This document shows positions 11,370 to 21,261 of a stretch of DNA of 54,110 nucleotides, piece after piece. The position numbers and the translations under genes are program-made. The notes under the pieces were generated by a model. The model made no database searches. It was given only the letters and a program-made list of their open reading frames with translations, and was not told the DNA's origin. Origin of the DNA: Microbacteriaceae bacterium (GTDB lineage: Bacteria; Actinomycetota; Actinomycetes; Actinomycetales; Microbacteriaceae); the NCBI GenBank assembly GCA_021741825.1, contig JAIOXB010000001.1:1-54110 (forward strand). Reading direction: 5' to 3'. The first letter of the stretch is position 1. Every line of letters starts with the position of its first letter.

Positions 11370-11824
11370 GAGCGCTCGGAATCCGCGAAAGAGTCCACCA
11401 GCTGACGCTGGAGAGCAAACATGATGCGCTCCTCGGCGGGTGCCGCGTGGTCAAAACCTAGGAGGTGAAGAATTCCGTGTGACAGCAACCAACGAATCTC
11501 GTCATCGGTGGAGTGTTTTGCGGCGATTGCCTGCTGTGCGGCAATGGTCGGACAAATCACGACGTCACCCAACAATCCGGGGTCCGACGGCTTGTCGTCG
11601 TCGCCGGGACGCAATTCGTCCATCGGAAACGACAGAACATCCGTGGGACCCGGCTCATCCATCCACTCGACGTGCAATTTCGTAATCGCGTCTTCGTCGA
11701 CGAACAACACGGCAAGTTCGGCCTCGGGGTGAACTCTCATCTCGGTCATCACGAAAGCCGCGAGGCGGCGCATCGTCTCGAGGTCGATCACTTCGGTCGT
11801 CTCGTTGGCGATTTCGACACTCAC
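11366..11824 (-). CDS. ybeY: rRNA maturation endoribonuclease YbeY
   Basis: PTDVLSFP and HGILHLLGFDH motifs. Confidence 0.96.
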   Translation of the reverse strand: MSVEIANETTEVIDLETMRRLAAFVMTEMRVHPEAELAVLFVDEDAITKLHVEWMDEPGPTDVLSFPMDELRPGDDDKPSDPGLLGDVVICPTIAAQQAIAAKHSTDDEIRWLLSHGILHLLGFDHAAPAEERIMFALQRQLVDSFADSERS

Positions 11825-12816
11825 TTTGCATCTCGCTTTCGGCCGGCGGTCTTGGCGTGTTGTTCCTGTTCGTGACGAGTGTAGGCATCAACAATCTTGC
11901 CCACGAGAGTATGGCGAACGACATCAGCGCTCGTGAGGACGGCGACGAACACGTCGTCCATCCCGTCGAGGATCTCGGTTGCCAGTTTCAAACCGGAAAT
12001 CTCGGACGGAAGGTCGACCTGGGTCGTGTCTCCTGTGATGACCATTTTCGATCCGAACCCCAGACGCGTCAGGAACATCTTCATTTGATTCGGAGTCGTG
12101 TTTTGAGCCTCGTCAAGGATGATGAACGAATCGTTGAGCGTGCGACCGCGCATGTAGGCCAGCGGTGCGACCTCGACAACGCCGGTCGCGAGAAGTTTGG
12201 GGACCAGTTCGGGGTCCATCATGTCGTTTAGTGCGTCGTACAAGGGACGGAGGTAGGGGTCAATCTTCTCGGTCAGCGTTCCCGGAAGAAATCCGAGTCG
12301 CTCACCCGCCTCCACCGCCGGCCGCGTGAGAATGATGCGCGTCACTTCTTTGCGCTGCAGCGCCTGCACGGCTTTAGCCATTGCCAAATAGGTCTTGCCC
12401 GTTCCGGCGGGACCGATCCCGAACGTAATGGTGGTGTGTTCGATCGCGTCAATGTAGTTCTTCTGACCGGCGGTCTTGGGGCGGATGGTCTTGCCGCGAG
12501 CGGACAGAACCGCTTCGCCAAGAACGTCGGCGACTTTTCCGCCGTTGCGGGTGATGGTCGAGCCTTCGACGACATCGCTTTCGGCGAGGTCCACTCCATT
12601 TTCGATCATGTCGATGAGTTCGCGGATGTGGCCCTCGACGCGATTGACTTCGTCGGGTTCGCCGTCGATCGAGATGGCGTTCCCTCGTGAGCGAATGGTG
12701 ACAGAGGGGTAGCGCAATTCGAGCGACGAGAGAAATCGGTCCTGCGGTCCGAGCAATCGAACCATGGCGATACCGTCGACCTCGATGTCGACGCGTGTGA
12801 CGCTACTCTCCGCCAA
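11821..12816 (-). CDS. phoH: PhoH-family ATPase
   Basis: GPAGTGKT, RPAVEAGERLGFLPG and DEAQN motifs. Confidence 0.95.
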   Translation of the reverse strand: MAESSVTRVDIEVDGIAMVRLLGPQDRFLSSLELRYPSVTIRSRGNAISIDGEPDEVNRVEGHIRELIDMIENGVDLAESDVVEGSTITRNGGKVADVLGEAVLSARGKTIRPKTAGQKNYIDAIEHTTITFGIGPAGTGKTYLAMAKAVQALQRKEVTRIILTRPAVEAGERLGFLPGTLTEKIDPYLRPLYDALNDMMDPELVPKLLATGVVEVAPLAYMRGRTLNDSFIILDEAQNTTPNQMKMFLTRLGFGSKMVITGDTTQVDLPSEISGLKLATEILDGMDDVFVAVLTSADVVRHTLVGKIVDAYTRHEQEQHAKTAGRKRDAK

Positions 12817-13144
12817 GGGAACCTTCGGTCAATCCGCCAGCGAGAACGTGGGCGTGAACGTGAAAGACGCTCTGTCCGGCGTTTGCGCCGGTGTTGAAGA
12901 TGAGTCGGAATTCGCCGTCCGCGTGTTCGCGGGCAAGATCCTGAGCGACCGAGACCATTTCGGCGAGAAGCGCGGGATCGGCGGAGGCAAGTTCAGTGAC
13001 GTTCGCGTACGCGTCGGTTTTGGGAACGACGAGGAGGTGAATCGGGGCACGAGGCGCAATGTCGCGAAACGCGATGATGGAATCGGACTCGAAGACGATG
13101 TCGGCCGGAATTTCGCGGGCGATGATGGCGGTGAAAATACTCAT
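12803..13144 (-). CDS. HIT-family nucleotide hydrolase
   Basis: HVHAH histidine triad. Start re-called to MSIFTAII, which has TAGACT 7 nt upstream. Confidence 0.92.
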   Translation of the reverse strand: MSIFTAIIAREIPADIVFESDSIIAFRDIAPRAPIHLLVVPKTDAYANVTELASADPALLAEMVSVAQDLAREHADGEFRLIFNTGANAGQSVFHVHAHVLAGGLTEGSLGGE

Positions 13145-13163
13145 TGGGTACAGTCTATCCGCG

Positions 13164-13898
13164 CTACCAGGTGCCACTCAGGGCGAGGATTGCGGCAATG
13201 GCGGCCGGGCCTGCTGTTGATGTGCGAAGGATTGGACCATCGAGACGAACTGGCGTCGCGCCGTCGGCCACGAACCGCGCAATCTCGTCTTCGGTGATCC
13301 CGCCTTCGGGTCCGACAATGACACCGATTGCCGCTGGGTTGCCGGCGGAGGTGAACCACTCGGTCAGACTCGAGGTCGCACGTGGATCGAGCACAATCCA
13401 GTTCGCCCCCGGTTGACTGCCGCACACCGTCGCGGTCGACACGGGGTCGGTGACTCTCGGTATTCGACTGCGCATAGCCTGTTTACTCGCCTCGCGAACG
13501 ATTGCCGTCCAGCGCGCAACGCCTTTGGCGACCTTGTCGCCGGCCCAACGCGAAACGCTTCGTTCCGACTGCCACGGAATGACGGTGTCGACACCGAGTT
13601 CCGTCGCCATCTGAATCGCCATTTCGTCGCGGTCCCCCTTGGCGAGAGCCTGGGCCAGCACGAGACGCGTCGACGGGACGGGCTCGAACCGAACCTGTTC
13701 GACGTCACACGCGACCACGGACTTGTCGGCCGAAACGACGACCGCGTCGGCGCTCCAACCACGACCATCCGACACGCGAAACCGTTCACCGACGCGAATG
13801 CGGGCCACCTGAACCGCGTGCCTCGCTTCGTCACCCGTCAATTCGACGCGGACAGTCGCTTCGTCGAGGGGCGTGTCGGTGAAATAGAGATTCGCCAT
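13164..13898 (-). CDS. rsmE: 16S rRNA m3U1498 methyltransferase
   Basis: HAVQVARI, ATELGV, VGPEGG and ILRTSTAG motifs. Confidence 0.95.
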   Translation of the reverse strand: MANLYFTDTPLDEATVRVELTGDEARHAVQVARIRVGERFRVSDGRGWSADAVVVSADKSVVACDVEQVRFEPVPSTRLVLAQALAKGDRDEMAIQMATELGVDTVIPWQSERSVSRWAGDKVAKGVARWTAIVREASKQAMRSRIPRVTDPVSTATVCGSQPGANWIVLDPRATSSLTEWFTSAGNPAAIGVIVGPEGGITEDEIARFVADGATPVRLDGPILRTSTAGPAAIAAILALSGTW

Positions 13899-14995
13899 TA
13901 GACGGTGAAGAAACGATCGCGAAGTTTGGCGAAGAGTCCCTGGCGGTGCTCGGCAAGATGAGGTGTCGCCGCGGGTCGAAGCGCGGCGAATTCTTCAATG
14001 AGTTTCGATTCCTTGGCATTGAGCTTGCCCGGCGTCATGACCTGAATGCCAAACTTGGCGTCGCCCCGGCCACTTCCGCGCAAGTGTCCGACACCGCGGC
14101 TTTTCACGACGACGACATCGCCGGATTGTGCACCGGCTTTGATGTCAACCGAAACTTCGCCGTCGAGAGCGTCGAGCGTGACGGTCGTTCCACGAATGGC
14201 GTCCACCATGTCGATTTGTATCGTCGCGAGCAGGTCATCGCCTTGACGCGCCCAGACCTCTGACGGAGTCACGTGGAATTCGACATAAACGTCACCGGCC
14301 GGACCCCCGGCTTCACCGACCTCGCCGACCCCTCGCAGATGAACGCGCTGGCCGGTTTCGATTCCGGCGGGGATGTGAACGTCGAGAGTGCTCCGAGCAC
14401 GAACCCTTCCGTGGCCGGCACAGGTCGGGCAGGCAGCCGCGATGACCGTTCCGTAACCGCGGCACGAGCCACACGGAGTCGCCGTGACGATGTTTCCCAA
14501 CAGGCTTCGCACCTGACGCTGTACAGAGCCACTTCCGCCACACACGTCACACCGCGACGGGCTCGTGCCTGGCGCACAACACGTCCCCTCGCAGGTGTCA
14601 CACAACACGGCGGTGTCGACTTCGATCTGGCGATCATCACCGAATATGACGTCCACGAGCTCGATGTCGACGCGAAGCAGAGCGTCGTTTCCGCGCTGCG
14701 CGCGGGATTGCGGTCCGCGGGATTGTCCTCCGCCGAAAAAAGCGTCGAAGACGTCGCCCATGTTGCCAAAGCCCGGCATTCCGCCAAAGTTGCTCTGACC
14801 GCCCATGTCGTAATTGCGACGCTGTTCGGCATCACCGAGTACGTCGTAGGCGTGGGTCACGGCCTTGAACCGTTCTTCTGCGCCCTCCTCTGAATTCACA
14901 TCGGGGTGAAGTTCGCGCGCCAGTTTCCGATAAGCCTTCTTGATGGCGTCCTGGCTGGCGTCGCGGGCGACCCCCAAAATCTCGTAATGATCCAT
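13898..14995 (-). CDS. dnaJ: Chaperone DnaJ (hrcA-linked DnaJ2 type)
   Basis: J domain with HPD, G/F-rich region and four CxxCxG zinc repeats. Confidence 0.97.
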   Translation of the reverse strand: MDHYEILGVARDASQDAIKKAYRKLARELHPDVNSEEGAEERFKAVTHAYDVLGDAEQRRNYDMGGQSNFGGMPGFGNMGDVFDAFFGGGQSRGPQSRAQRGNDALLRVDIELVDVIFGDDRQIEVDTAVLCDTCEGTCCAPGTSPSRCDVCGGSGSVQRQVRSLLGNIVTATPCGSCRGYGTVIAAACPTCAGHGRVRARSTLDVHIPAGIETGQRVHLRGVGEVGEAGGPAGDVYVEFHVTPSEVWARQGDDLLATIQIDMVDAIRGTTVTLDALDGEVSVDIKAGAQSGDVVVVKSRGVGHLRGSGRGDAKFGIQVMTPGKLNAKESKLIEEFAALRPAATPHLAEHRQGLFAKLRDRFFTV

Positions 14996-16018
14996 TTATG
15001 CGTCGTCTCCCAAAACCTGTGACAAATAGTGTGCAACAGCCTCGACGGCGGCCATGTTGAGCGGGTAGTTCATCCGCGTCGGTCCCAGAATGGCCACGCG
15101 AGAAGAATCGCCGCCCATCGCCGAATACGCGTGCGAAATGATTGCCGTGTCGGACAGGTCATCCGACATCTCACGCCCGATTCGAACGCCGGAGTCGTCG
15201 CCCTGCGCGCGCATTTCTCCGAACAGACGCAAGAGCGTTACTTGCTCTTCGATTGCATCGAGGACCGGCGCCACGGAACCCGCGAAATCAATGTCTGCTC
15301 GAACGAGTTTGGGGGTACCGGCAACGATGAGTCGATCCTTGCGATGCGAGTCGACCTGCGACTTGAGAGCCGTCCGGACGTCATCGATGATCGGCCGAAG
15401 CGTCGGCGGAACGGATGCGGCGAGCGAGGACATCGCTCCGTCTACCTCGCTGAGCGAAACGCTGGACAGACTTGTCGCAACGCGGGCACGGACATCGGCG
15501 AGGGTCGTCTCGTCGAGTTCGGTGTCGAAATCGACCATTCGTCGGTCAACGCTTCCCGCCGCCGTGATCAAGATGATGTAGGCCTTAGACGGAGAAACGG
15601 GGACGATTTCCAGGTGCGCGACGCGTTCGTTGCCCAGAGTCGGAAATTGCACCATCGCGACCTGATTCGTGAGATCAGACAGAAGTTTGACGGTGCGGCC
15701 AAAAAAATCGTCGAGGTCAAGCGACTCGTCGAGGAATCGCTGGATGGCGCCGACCTGCTGAACAGTCAGGGGGCGAATGTCGCTGAGGGAATCGACGAAA
15801 CGGCGATATCCGAGGTCTGTCGGGACGCGACCGGCTGAGGTGTGCGGCGCGTGAATCAGGTTCGCTTCTTCCAAAATCGCCATGTCATTGCGAATTGTCG
15901 CCGCGGAAACCCCAAAATCGTGGCGTTCAACAATCGCCTTCGACCCCACCGGCTCGCGCGAGTCGACGTAGTCCTCGACGATGACGCGCAGGACGTCCAA
16001 CGCACGTTGCGAAACCAC
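14996..16018 (-). CDS. hrcA: Heat-inducible transcription repressor HrcA
   Basis: EPVGSK, SAATIRNDM, PHTSAGRVPT and GPTRMNY motifs. Start re-called to GTG 16018 with SD GGAGG. Confidence 0.97.
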   Translation of the reverse strand: MVSQRALDVLRVIVEDYVDSREPVGSKAIVERHDFGVSAATIRNDMAILEEANLIHAPHTSAGRVPTDLGYRRFVDSLSDIRPLTVQQVGAIQRFLDESLDLDDFFGRTVKLLSDLTNQVAMVQFPTLGNERVAHLEIVPVSPSKAYIILITAAGSVDRRMVDFDTELDETTLADVRARVATSLSSVSLSEVDGAMSSLAASVPPTLRPIIDDVRTALKSQVDSHRKDRLIVAGTPKLVRADIDFAGSVAPVLDAIEEQVTLLRLFGEMRAQGDDSGVRIGREMSDDLSDTAIISHAYSAMGGDSSRVAILGPTRMNYPLNMAAVEAVAHYLSQVLGDDA

Positions 16019-16032
16019 CGAAACCTCCCGAA

Positions 16033-16059
16033 TTGGCACTCGCAGGTGTAGATTGCCAA
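16033..16059. promoter_or_regulatory. CIRCE element (HrcA operator)
   Basis: TTGGCACTC-N9-GATTGCCAA, against consensus TTAGCACTC-N9-GAGTGCTAA. Just downstream of minus-strand -10 TACTAT (16067-16072). Confidence 0.88.
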
Positions 16060-16114
16060 TGCCTCAATAGTACGCGCGGTAAACGCCGTGCGCCGAACAA
16101 CCAAGGAGCGACAC

Positions 16115-16468
16115 ATGGCAACCTCGAAGTCTTCCGCCCAAGCGAACCAACTCGCGGGACTCTCTCACATATTGGGAATCGTCACGAGTTTCGTTGCGCC
16201 TCTCATTATCTGGCTAACCAACTCTTCGCGTGACGCGCAGGTCGACAGCAACGCGAAAGAGGCACTGAACTTCCAGATCACAGTCGGTCTTGCACACCTC
16301 GCTAACGGCATCCTGACGTTCGTGCTGTTCTTCATCTGGCCGGCCATCGCGTGGGCTGCAACACTCGGGATCTGGGCCGTTTGCATCTGGTGGGCGTTCC
16401 TCGGTTTCCAAGCGGCGAACAAGGGTGAACGTTATCGCTACCCCGTCGCGTTACGCATCGTTTCCTAG
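16115..16468 (+). CDS. DUF4870-like small membrane protein
   Basis: SD AAGGAG before ATG 16115. Motifs APLIIW, AKEALNFQIT and GERYRYP. Confidence 0.85.
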   Translation: MATSKSSAQANQLAGLSHILGIVTSFVAPLIIWLTNSSRDAQVDSNAKEALNFQITVGLAHLANGILTFVLFFIWPAIAWAATLGIWAVCIWWAFLGFQAANKGERYRYPVALRIVS

Positions 16469-17679
16469 TCGGATAACAGTGTTCGCGCGACGAAGTCGGC
16501 GAGCAGCCTCCCACGCGAGGTGAGCACGAGTCGGCCGGCGATGGCCTGAGGGCCCTCGACGAGTCCATCGGCGATGAGACCTGCGACGGCCTTTCGTCCG
16601 GTTGGCGTCAGGTCGTCGATGGCAATTCCGTCGCGAACGCGAATCCCGAGCAGTACAACTTCGTCAGCGCGTTGATCGGGGTTCAGAATTTCCCGTTCCA
16701 AGGCAGGAGATTCGCCGGCGGCTATGCGCTCGGCGTACGCCGCGGGGTGCTTGACGTTCCACCAGCGGACACCGTTGAGGTGGCTGTGTGCGCCGGGACC
16801 GAACCCCCACCAATCGGTCCCCTGCCAATACGACAGGTTGTGACGCGACCGCGTGTCAGTACCACGGGACCAGTTGCTCACTTCGTACCAGTCGAATCCG
16901 GCCGCGCCGAGAAACTCGTCCGCCATTTCGTACATGTCGGCGTGGGTGTCGTCGTCGATGGGAGCGAGTTCCCCTCGGCGAATGCGGCGTTCGAGAGCAG
17001 TGCCCTCTTCGACAATGAGCGAATATGCCGAGACGTGGTCGGTTTCGAGCGCGATGGCGGCGGACAGGCTCGCGCGCCACTCGTCCAACGTTTCACCCGG
17101 CGTTCCATAGATGAGGTCCACCGAGGTCTGCAGCCCCGCTTCTTTCGCCCAGGCGACCGCGCTGGCGACGGATTCAGGATCGTGAGTTCGGTCGAGAATC
17201 GAGAGCACGCGGGGCACAGCAGATTGCATTCCGACCGAGACACGGGTGACACCAGCATCCGCGAATGCGCGAAGCGATTCGCGCGTCACCGTGTCGGGGT
17301 TCGCCTCAATCGTGACCTCGGCACCGTCGGCGATTCCGAACGAGGTGCGAACCGCATCGAGGACGCGGGCGATGTCTCCCTCGGGCAAGAGAGTCGGAGT
17401 TCCTCCCCCGATGAACACCGTCGCGGCGGGTCGACGGGGTGTGCCGTTGACAGAGAGAACCCGCTCGGCGAAGGCGATTTCCGCCAGCAGGTCGTCCACA
17501 AACGACTGACGCGTGACGCCACGCAACTCTGTCGAGGTGTAGGTGTTGAAGTCGCAATACCCGCAACGAACCGTGCAAAACGGAATGTGCAGATAGATGC
17601 CGAACGGCGTCTCGGCGAGGCCGACAGATCGAATTGAACCGTCTCGCGGCGCGACCTCGCCTCGTGGAAGGGACGCCAC
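16465..17679 (-). CDS. hemW: Radical SAM heme chaperone HemW (HemN-like)
   Basis: YLHIPFCTVRCGYCDF, GGGTPT and HNLSYW motifs. Start re-called to GTG 17679. Confidence 0.93.
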   Translation of the reverse strand: MASLPRGEVAPRDGSIRSVGLAETPFGIYLHIPFCTVRCGYCDFNTYTSTELRGVTRQSFVDDLLAEIAFAERVLSVNGTPRRPAATVFIGGGTPTLLPEGDIARVLDAVRTSFGIADGAEVTIEANPDTVTRESLRAFADAGVTRVSVGMQSAVPRVLSILDRTHDPESVASAVAWAKEAGLQTSVDLIYGTPGETLDEWRASLSAAIALETDHVSAYSLIVEEGTALERRIRRGELAPIDDDTHADMYEMADEFLGAAGFDWYEVSNWSRGTDTRSRHNLSYWQGTDWWGFGPGAHSHLNGVRWWNVKHPAAYAERIAAGESPALEREILNPDQRADEVVLLGIRVRDGIAIDDLTPTGRKAVAGLIADGLVEGPQAIAGRLVLTSRGRLLADFVARTLLSD

Positions 17680-18041
17680 TACGATCCATTCCAAATGATT
17701 GACATGCGAACAATCATGACCGCGATCGAGAGGGACACGATTCCCATGCCGATTGTTGCGAATCGGGTGCGGTCGACAAGTGCCCAGAGCGTCACGCCGA
17801 TCGACATCGCCAAAGCGGTGACAAGGTACAGCCAAAATTCCAACGCATCGCCGATAGCGGGATTCCCCACGAGCGGTTGGACGATTGCGACGACGAGGAC
17901 GACGACGAGCACGACGGTCACCGCCAGAGTGCTGAGGACAGTCAGGTCACGCGGAGGGTTTCCTCGAATTCCCGAGACAATTGACATCAAACCGGCCGCG
18001 AGAGCGCAGATAACACTTGCGACGGTGAGCCACTCAATCAT
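17679..18041 (-). CDS. Conserved 4-TM membrane protein (GDALEFWLY motif), 'memA'
   Basis: 120-aa hydrophobic ORF overlapping the truB stop and the hemW start. Confidence 0.8.
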   Translation of the reverse strand: MIEWLTVASVICALAAGLMSIVSGIRGNPPRDLTVLSTLAVTVVLVVVLVVAIVQPLVGNPAIGDALEFWLYLVTALAMSIGVTLWALVDRTRFATIGMGIVSLSIAVMIVRMSIIWNGS

Positions 18042-18909
18042 GCGGAAAGCCTGTCACTACTCGAGCGACACCCTTCGACACCGTCGCGATCGCGATGAGA
18101 CGGTCACCGTGGACAACCGCAACGAGAGGCGAATCAGGGGTCGCCGTCGCGATTTTCTTGCCGTGTCCGAAGTCGACGGCTTCGGCATCCGTCGCCGTCA
18201 AGACTGGAAAGAGGTCGCCCGCGATACGGGTGGCGGCAACGAGCCGCTCGGCCGAGATGTCGTCAACTGTGCACGCGTCCTCGACCGACAGCGACCCGAC
18301 CCGGGTCCGCCGCAGCGCCGTGAGGTGCCCGCCGCAATCGAGTGCTGCTCCGATGTCTCGAGCGAGCGCGCGAATGTAGGTGCCCGACGAGCAATCGACC
18401 GTGACATCGACATCGATGGTGCCGGGCGTTCGACGGATGGCGTGTGACTCGAACCGTGACACGGTGACGGTTCGCGCGACGAGAACGACGTCGTCCCCCG
18501 CTCGAACCAGGTTGTAGGCCCGTTGGCCGTCTACCTTGATGGCCGAAACTGCTGACGGACGTTGTTCGATGGCTCCGGTCAGTGCGGCGATCTCGCGTTG
18601 AATGTCGTCGTCGGTGATGGCGTCCATCACGGCACGGTCGGCGATTGAAATCACGTCACCTTCGGCATCGTCCGTGACGGTCGCCGACCCCAATCGAATC
18701 GTCGCGGTGTACGTCTTGTCCGCGCCGACCAAATACGTCAGCAGTCTCGTCGATGTTCCGACGCCCAGAATCAGCAGACCGGTCGCCATCGGGTCAAGTG
18801 TTCCGGCGTGTCCGACCTTACGTGTCCCAAGGGCTTTCCGCGCCGCCGATACGACCCCGTGACTGGACGGACCCGTCGGTTTGTCCACGAGAAGGATTCC
18901 GCTGATCAC
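18034..18909 (-). CDS. truB: tRNA pseudouridine(55) synthase
   Basis: KVGHAGTLDPMATG, SAIKVDG and CSSGTYIRALARD motifs. Confidence 0.97.
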   Translation of the reverse strand: MISGILLVDKPTGPSSHGVVSAARKALGTRKVGHAGTLDPMATGLLILGVGTSTRLLTYLVGADKTYTATIRLGSATVTDDAEGDVISIADRAVMDAITDDDIQREIAALTGAIEQRPSAVSAIKVDGQRAYNLVRAGDDVVLVARTVTVSRFESHAIRRTPGTIDVDVTVDCSSGTYIRALARDIGAALDCGGHLTALRRTRVGSLSVEDACTVDDISAERLVAATRIAGDLFPVLTATDAEAVDFGHGKKIATATPDSPLVAVVHGDRLIAIATVSKGVARVVTGFPHD

Positions 18910-18945
18910 CTTTGGAGGGTACCAGCGCGGTTTAGGCGAATGCCC

Positions 18946-19809
18946 TTAGGCAAGCGACTTCGTGTGCCAGACGGTCTTGATCTCGACGAACGCGGCAATT
19001 CGATTGAACGCCGATTCCGTCGGCCCGAATGTTCCCGGACGCACGACGCGCATGAGCGTCTCTGCTGCCGCCCGTTCGCATTCGACCGCGATTTCACGAC
19101 CAGCTCCGGTCAAATCAATTGCGTTGACATCGGCGTGCGACGCCAACCACGGCGCGACCTCGTCGACCGACCCGGTGAGGATGTTCACGACCCCGCCAGG
19201 GACATCACTTGTTGCGAGCACTTCGGCGAACGTCATCGCCGCACACGGCGCGAGTTCGCTCGCGAGCACAACGACCGCGTTTCCGGTTGTCAACGCCGGA
19301 GCAATCGACGACACGAGACCGAGTAGCGACGAGCCGGCGACGGACGGCGCGACGAGGGCAACCACACCGGTGGATTCGGGAACGGACAGGTTGAAGAACG
19401 GTCCGGCGACGGGATTTGCACCACCGTGAACCTGCGCGAACTTGTCGGTCCAGCCCGCGTGCCAGACGAGACAATCGATCGCCGCGGACACTTCGGCGCG
19501 CGCGTCGGCGGGCTTTGCGCCGGTGGACTCGACAATTTCGGCGACAAACTGATCGAGCCGTCCCTCGAGCATCTCGGCGACGCGATAAAGAACCTGACCG
19601 CGGTTGTAGGCGCTAGCTCCGGCCCAACCGGACCACGCTGCTCGAGCGGCTACGACAGCATCGCGAGCGTCCTTGCGGCTCGCCTTCGCGACGTTGGCAA
19701 TGAACGAGCCCGTCGGACTCGACACTTCCGTCGTGCGACCCGATTCACTGCGCGGGAACTTTCCGCCGATGAAAAGTTTGTAGGTCTTGGGAATGGCGAG
19801 ACGGCTCAT
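18946..19809 (-). CDS. Aldehyde dehydrogenase-like protein, Rossmann domain only (non-catalytic partner)
   Basis: KLFIGGKFPRSESGR and GVVNILTG present; no ELGG or catalytic Cys domain. 287 aa, ATGA-coupled to the upstream ALDH. Confidence 0.85.
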   Translation of the reverse strand: MSRLAIPKTYKLFIGGKFPRSESGRTTEVSSPTGSFIANVAKASRKDARDAVVAARAAWSGWAGASAYNRGQVLYRVAEMLEGRLDQFVAEIVESTGAKPADARAEVSAAIDCLVWHAGWTDKFAQVHGGANPVAGPFFNLSVPESTGVVALVAPSVAGSSLLGLVSSIAPALTTGNAVVVLASELAPCAAMTFAEVLATSDVPGGVVNILTGSVDEVAPWLASHADVNAIDLTGAGREIAVECERAAAETLMRVVRPGTFGPTESAFNRIAAFVEIKTVWHTKSLA

Positions 19810-21254
19810 CGTGCACCTCCGTTAGCGAGGTACGCCGCGAGACCGTGTCGTCCACCTTCGCGTCCGTATCCCGATTCCTTGTAACCGCCGAAGGGGCTCG
19901 TCGGGTCAAACTGATTGAACGTGTTGGCCCAGACGACGCCCGCTCGAAGCGAATCGGCGACGCGAAGCATTCGACTCGCGTTCTGCGTCCAAATCCCAGC
20001 GCTCAGTCCGTAGGGCGTGTTGTTCGCCTTCACAATCGCTTCGTCGGGAGTTCGGAAACTGAGGACCGACAACACCGGTCCGAAGATCTCGTCGCGCGCG
20101 ACCGTGTTGCTCGTGGTTACATTCGTGAAAATCGTCGGACGGAACCAGAAACCCTTCGACGGCAATTCGCAATCGAGCGTCCAGCGGTTTGCGCCTTCCG
20201 CTTCACCCGTCGCCGTGATCGCGGTGATGCGCGCGAGTTGTTCCTTCGAGTTGACGGCTCCGATGTCGGTGTTCTTGTCGAGCGGGTCACCGAGTCGCAG
20301 GGTCGAGAGGCGACGGGTCAGTTTCTCGACGACCTCGTCCTGGATGTTCTCTTGAACGAGAAGCCTCGACCCCGCGCAACAGACGTGCCCCTGGTTGAAG
20401 AAGATTCCGGTGATGATGCCCTCGACCGCCTCGTCGATTGCTGCATCGTCGAACACGATGTTCGCACCCTTGCCGCCGAGTTCGAGCGTTACGCGGGTCT
20501 CGGAACCAGCCAACGTCCTGGCGATCTGACGACCGACCCCGGTCGAACCAGTAAAGGCGATCTTGTTAACGCCCGCGTGCTCGACGAGTGCTTGACCCGC
20601 AACACCGCCGAGCCCCGGAACGATGTTGACGACTCCCGCGGGAAGTCCGGCTTGTTCGCAGATGTCGGCGAACATGAGCGCGGTCAAGGGCGTGGTCTCG
20701 GCGGGCTTGAGCACGACCGTGTTTCCCGCGGCCAGCGCCGGCGCGACCTTCCAGGCGAGCATGAGCAGCGGAAAGTTCCAGGGGATGATCTGTCCGGCGA
20801 CGCCCAACGCCGACGGGTTAGGGCCGAGTCCCGCATAATCGAGCTTGTCCGCCCATCCCGCGTAATGGAAGAACCACGCGGCGACGAGCGGGATATCGAT
20901 ATCGCGGGTTTCGCGAATCGGCTTGCCGTTGTCGAGGGTCTCGGCGACAGCGAACTCGCGAGCACGCTCTTGAATGAGGCGCGCGATGCGGAACAGGTAC
21001 TTGCCGCGCTCGGCGCCGCTCATCCGCGACCACACAGTGTCGTAGCTCTTTCGCGCCGCCGCGACAGCCCGATCAATGTCCGACGCGTCGGCCAACGAAA
21101 TCTCGGCGATGGACTTCTCAGTCGCTGGTGAAATCGTCGTCATCGACCCGCCACGACCATCGGTCCACTCGCCACCGATATACAGGGCATAGGACGGACG
21201 AAGGTTGAGGATCGCGGTCGATTCGGGCGCCGGCGCATAATCACGGAAAGACAT
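19806..21254 (-). CDS. Aldehyde dehydrogenase, catalytic
   Basis: IIPWNFP, FTGSTGVG, LELGGK, NQGHVCCAGSR, EIFGPV and PFGGYKESG motifs. Confidence 0.95.
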   Translation of the reverse strand: MSFRDYAPAPESTAILNLRPSYALYIGGEWTDGRGGSMTTISPATEKSIAEISLADASDIDRAVAAARKSYDTVWSRMSGAERGKYLFRIARLIQERAREFAVAETLDNGKPIRETRDIDIPLVAAWFFHYAGWADKLDYAGLGPNPSALGVAGQIIPWNFPLLMLAWKVAPALAAGNTVVLKPAETTPLTALMFADICEQAGLPAGVVNIVPGLGGVAGQALVEHAGVNKIAFTGSTGVGRQIARTLAGSETRVTLELGGKGANIVFDDAAIDEAVEGIITGIFFNQGHVCCAGSRLLVQENIQDEVVEKLTRRLSTLRLGDPLDKNTDIGAVNSKEQLARITAITATGEAEGANRWTLDCELPSKGFWFRPTIFTNVTTSNTVARDEIFGPVLSVLSFRTPDEAIVKANNTPYGLSAGIWTQNASRMLRVADSLRAGVVWANTFNQFDPTSPFGGYKESGYGREGGRHGLAAYLANGGAR

Positions 21255-21261
21255 GGGACTC

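Noticed and set aside
18946-19809. Short ALDH as a pseudogene fragment
   Set aside because: The ORF is intact, translationally coupled, and has proper N- and C-terminal ALDH-like segments. It is better explained as a structural subunit.
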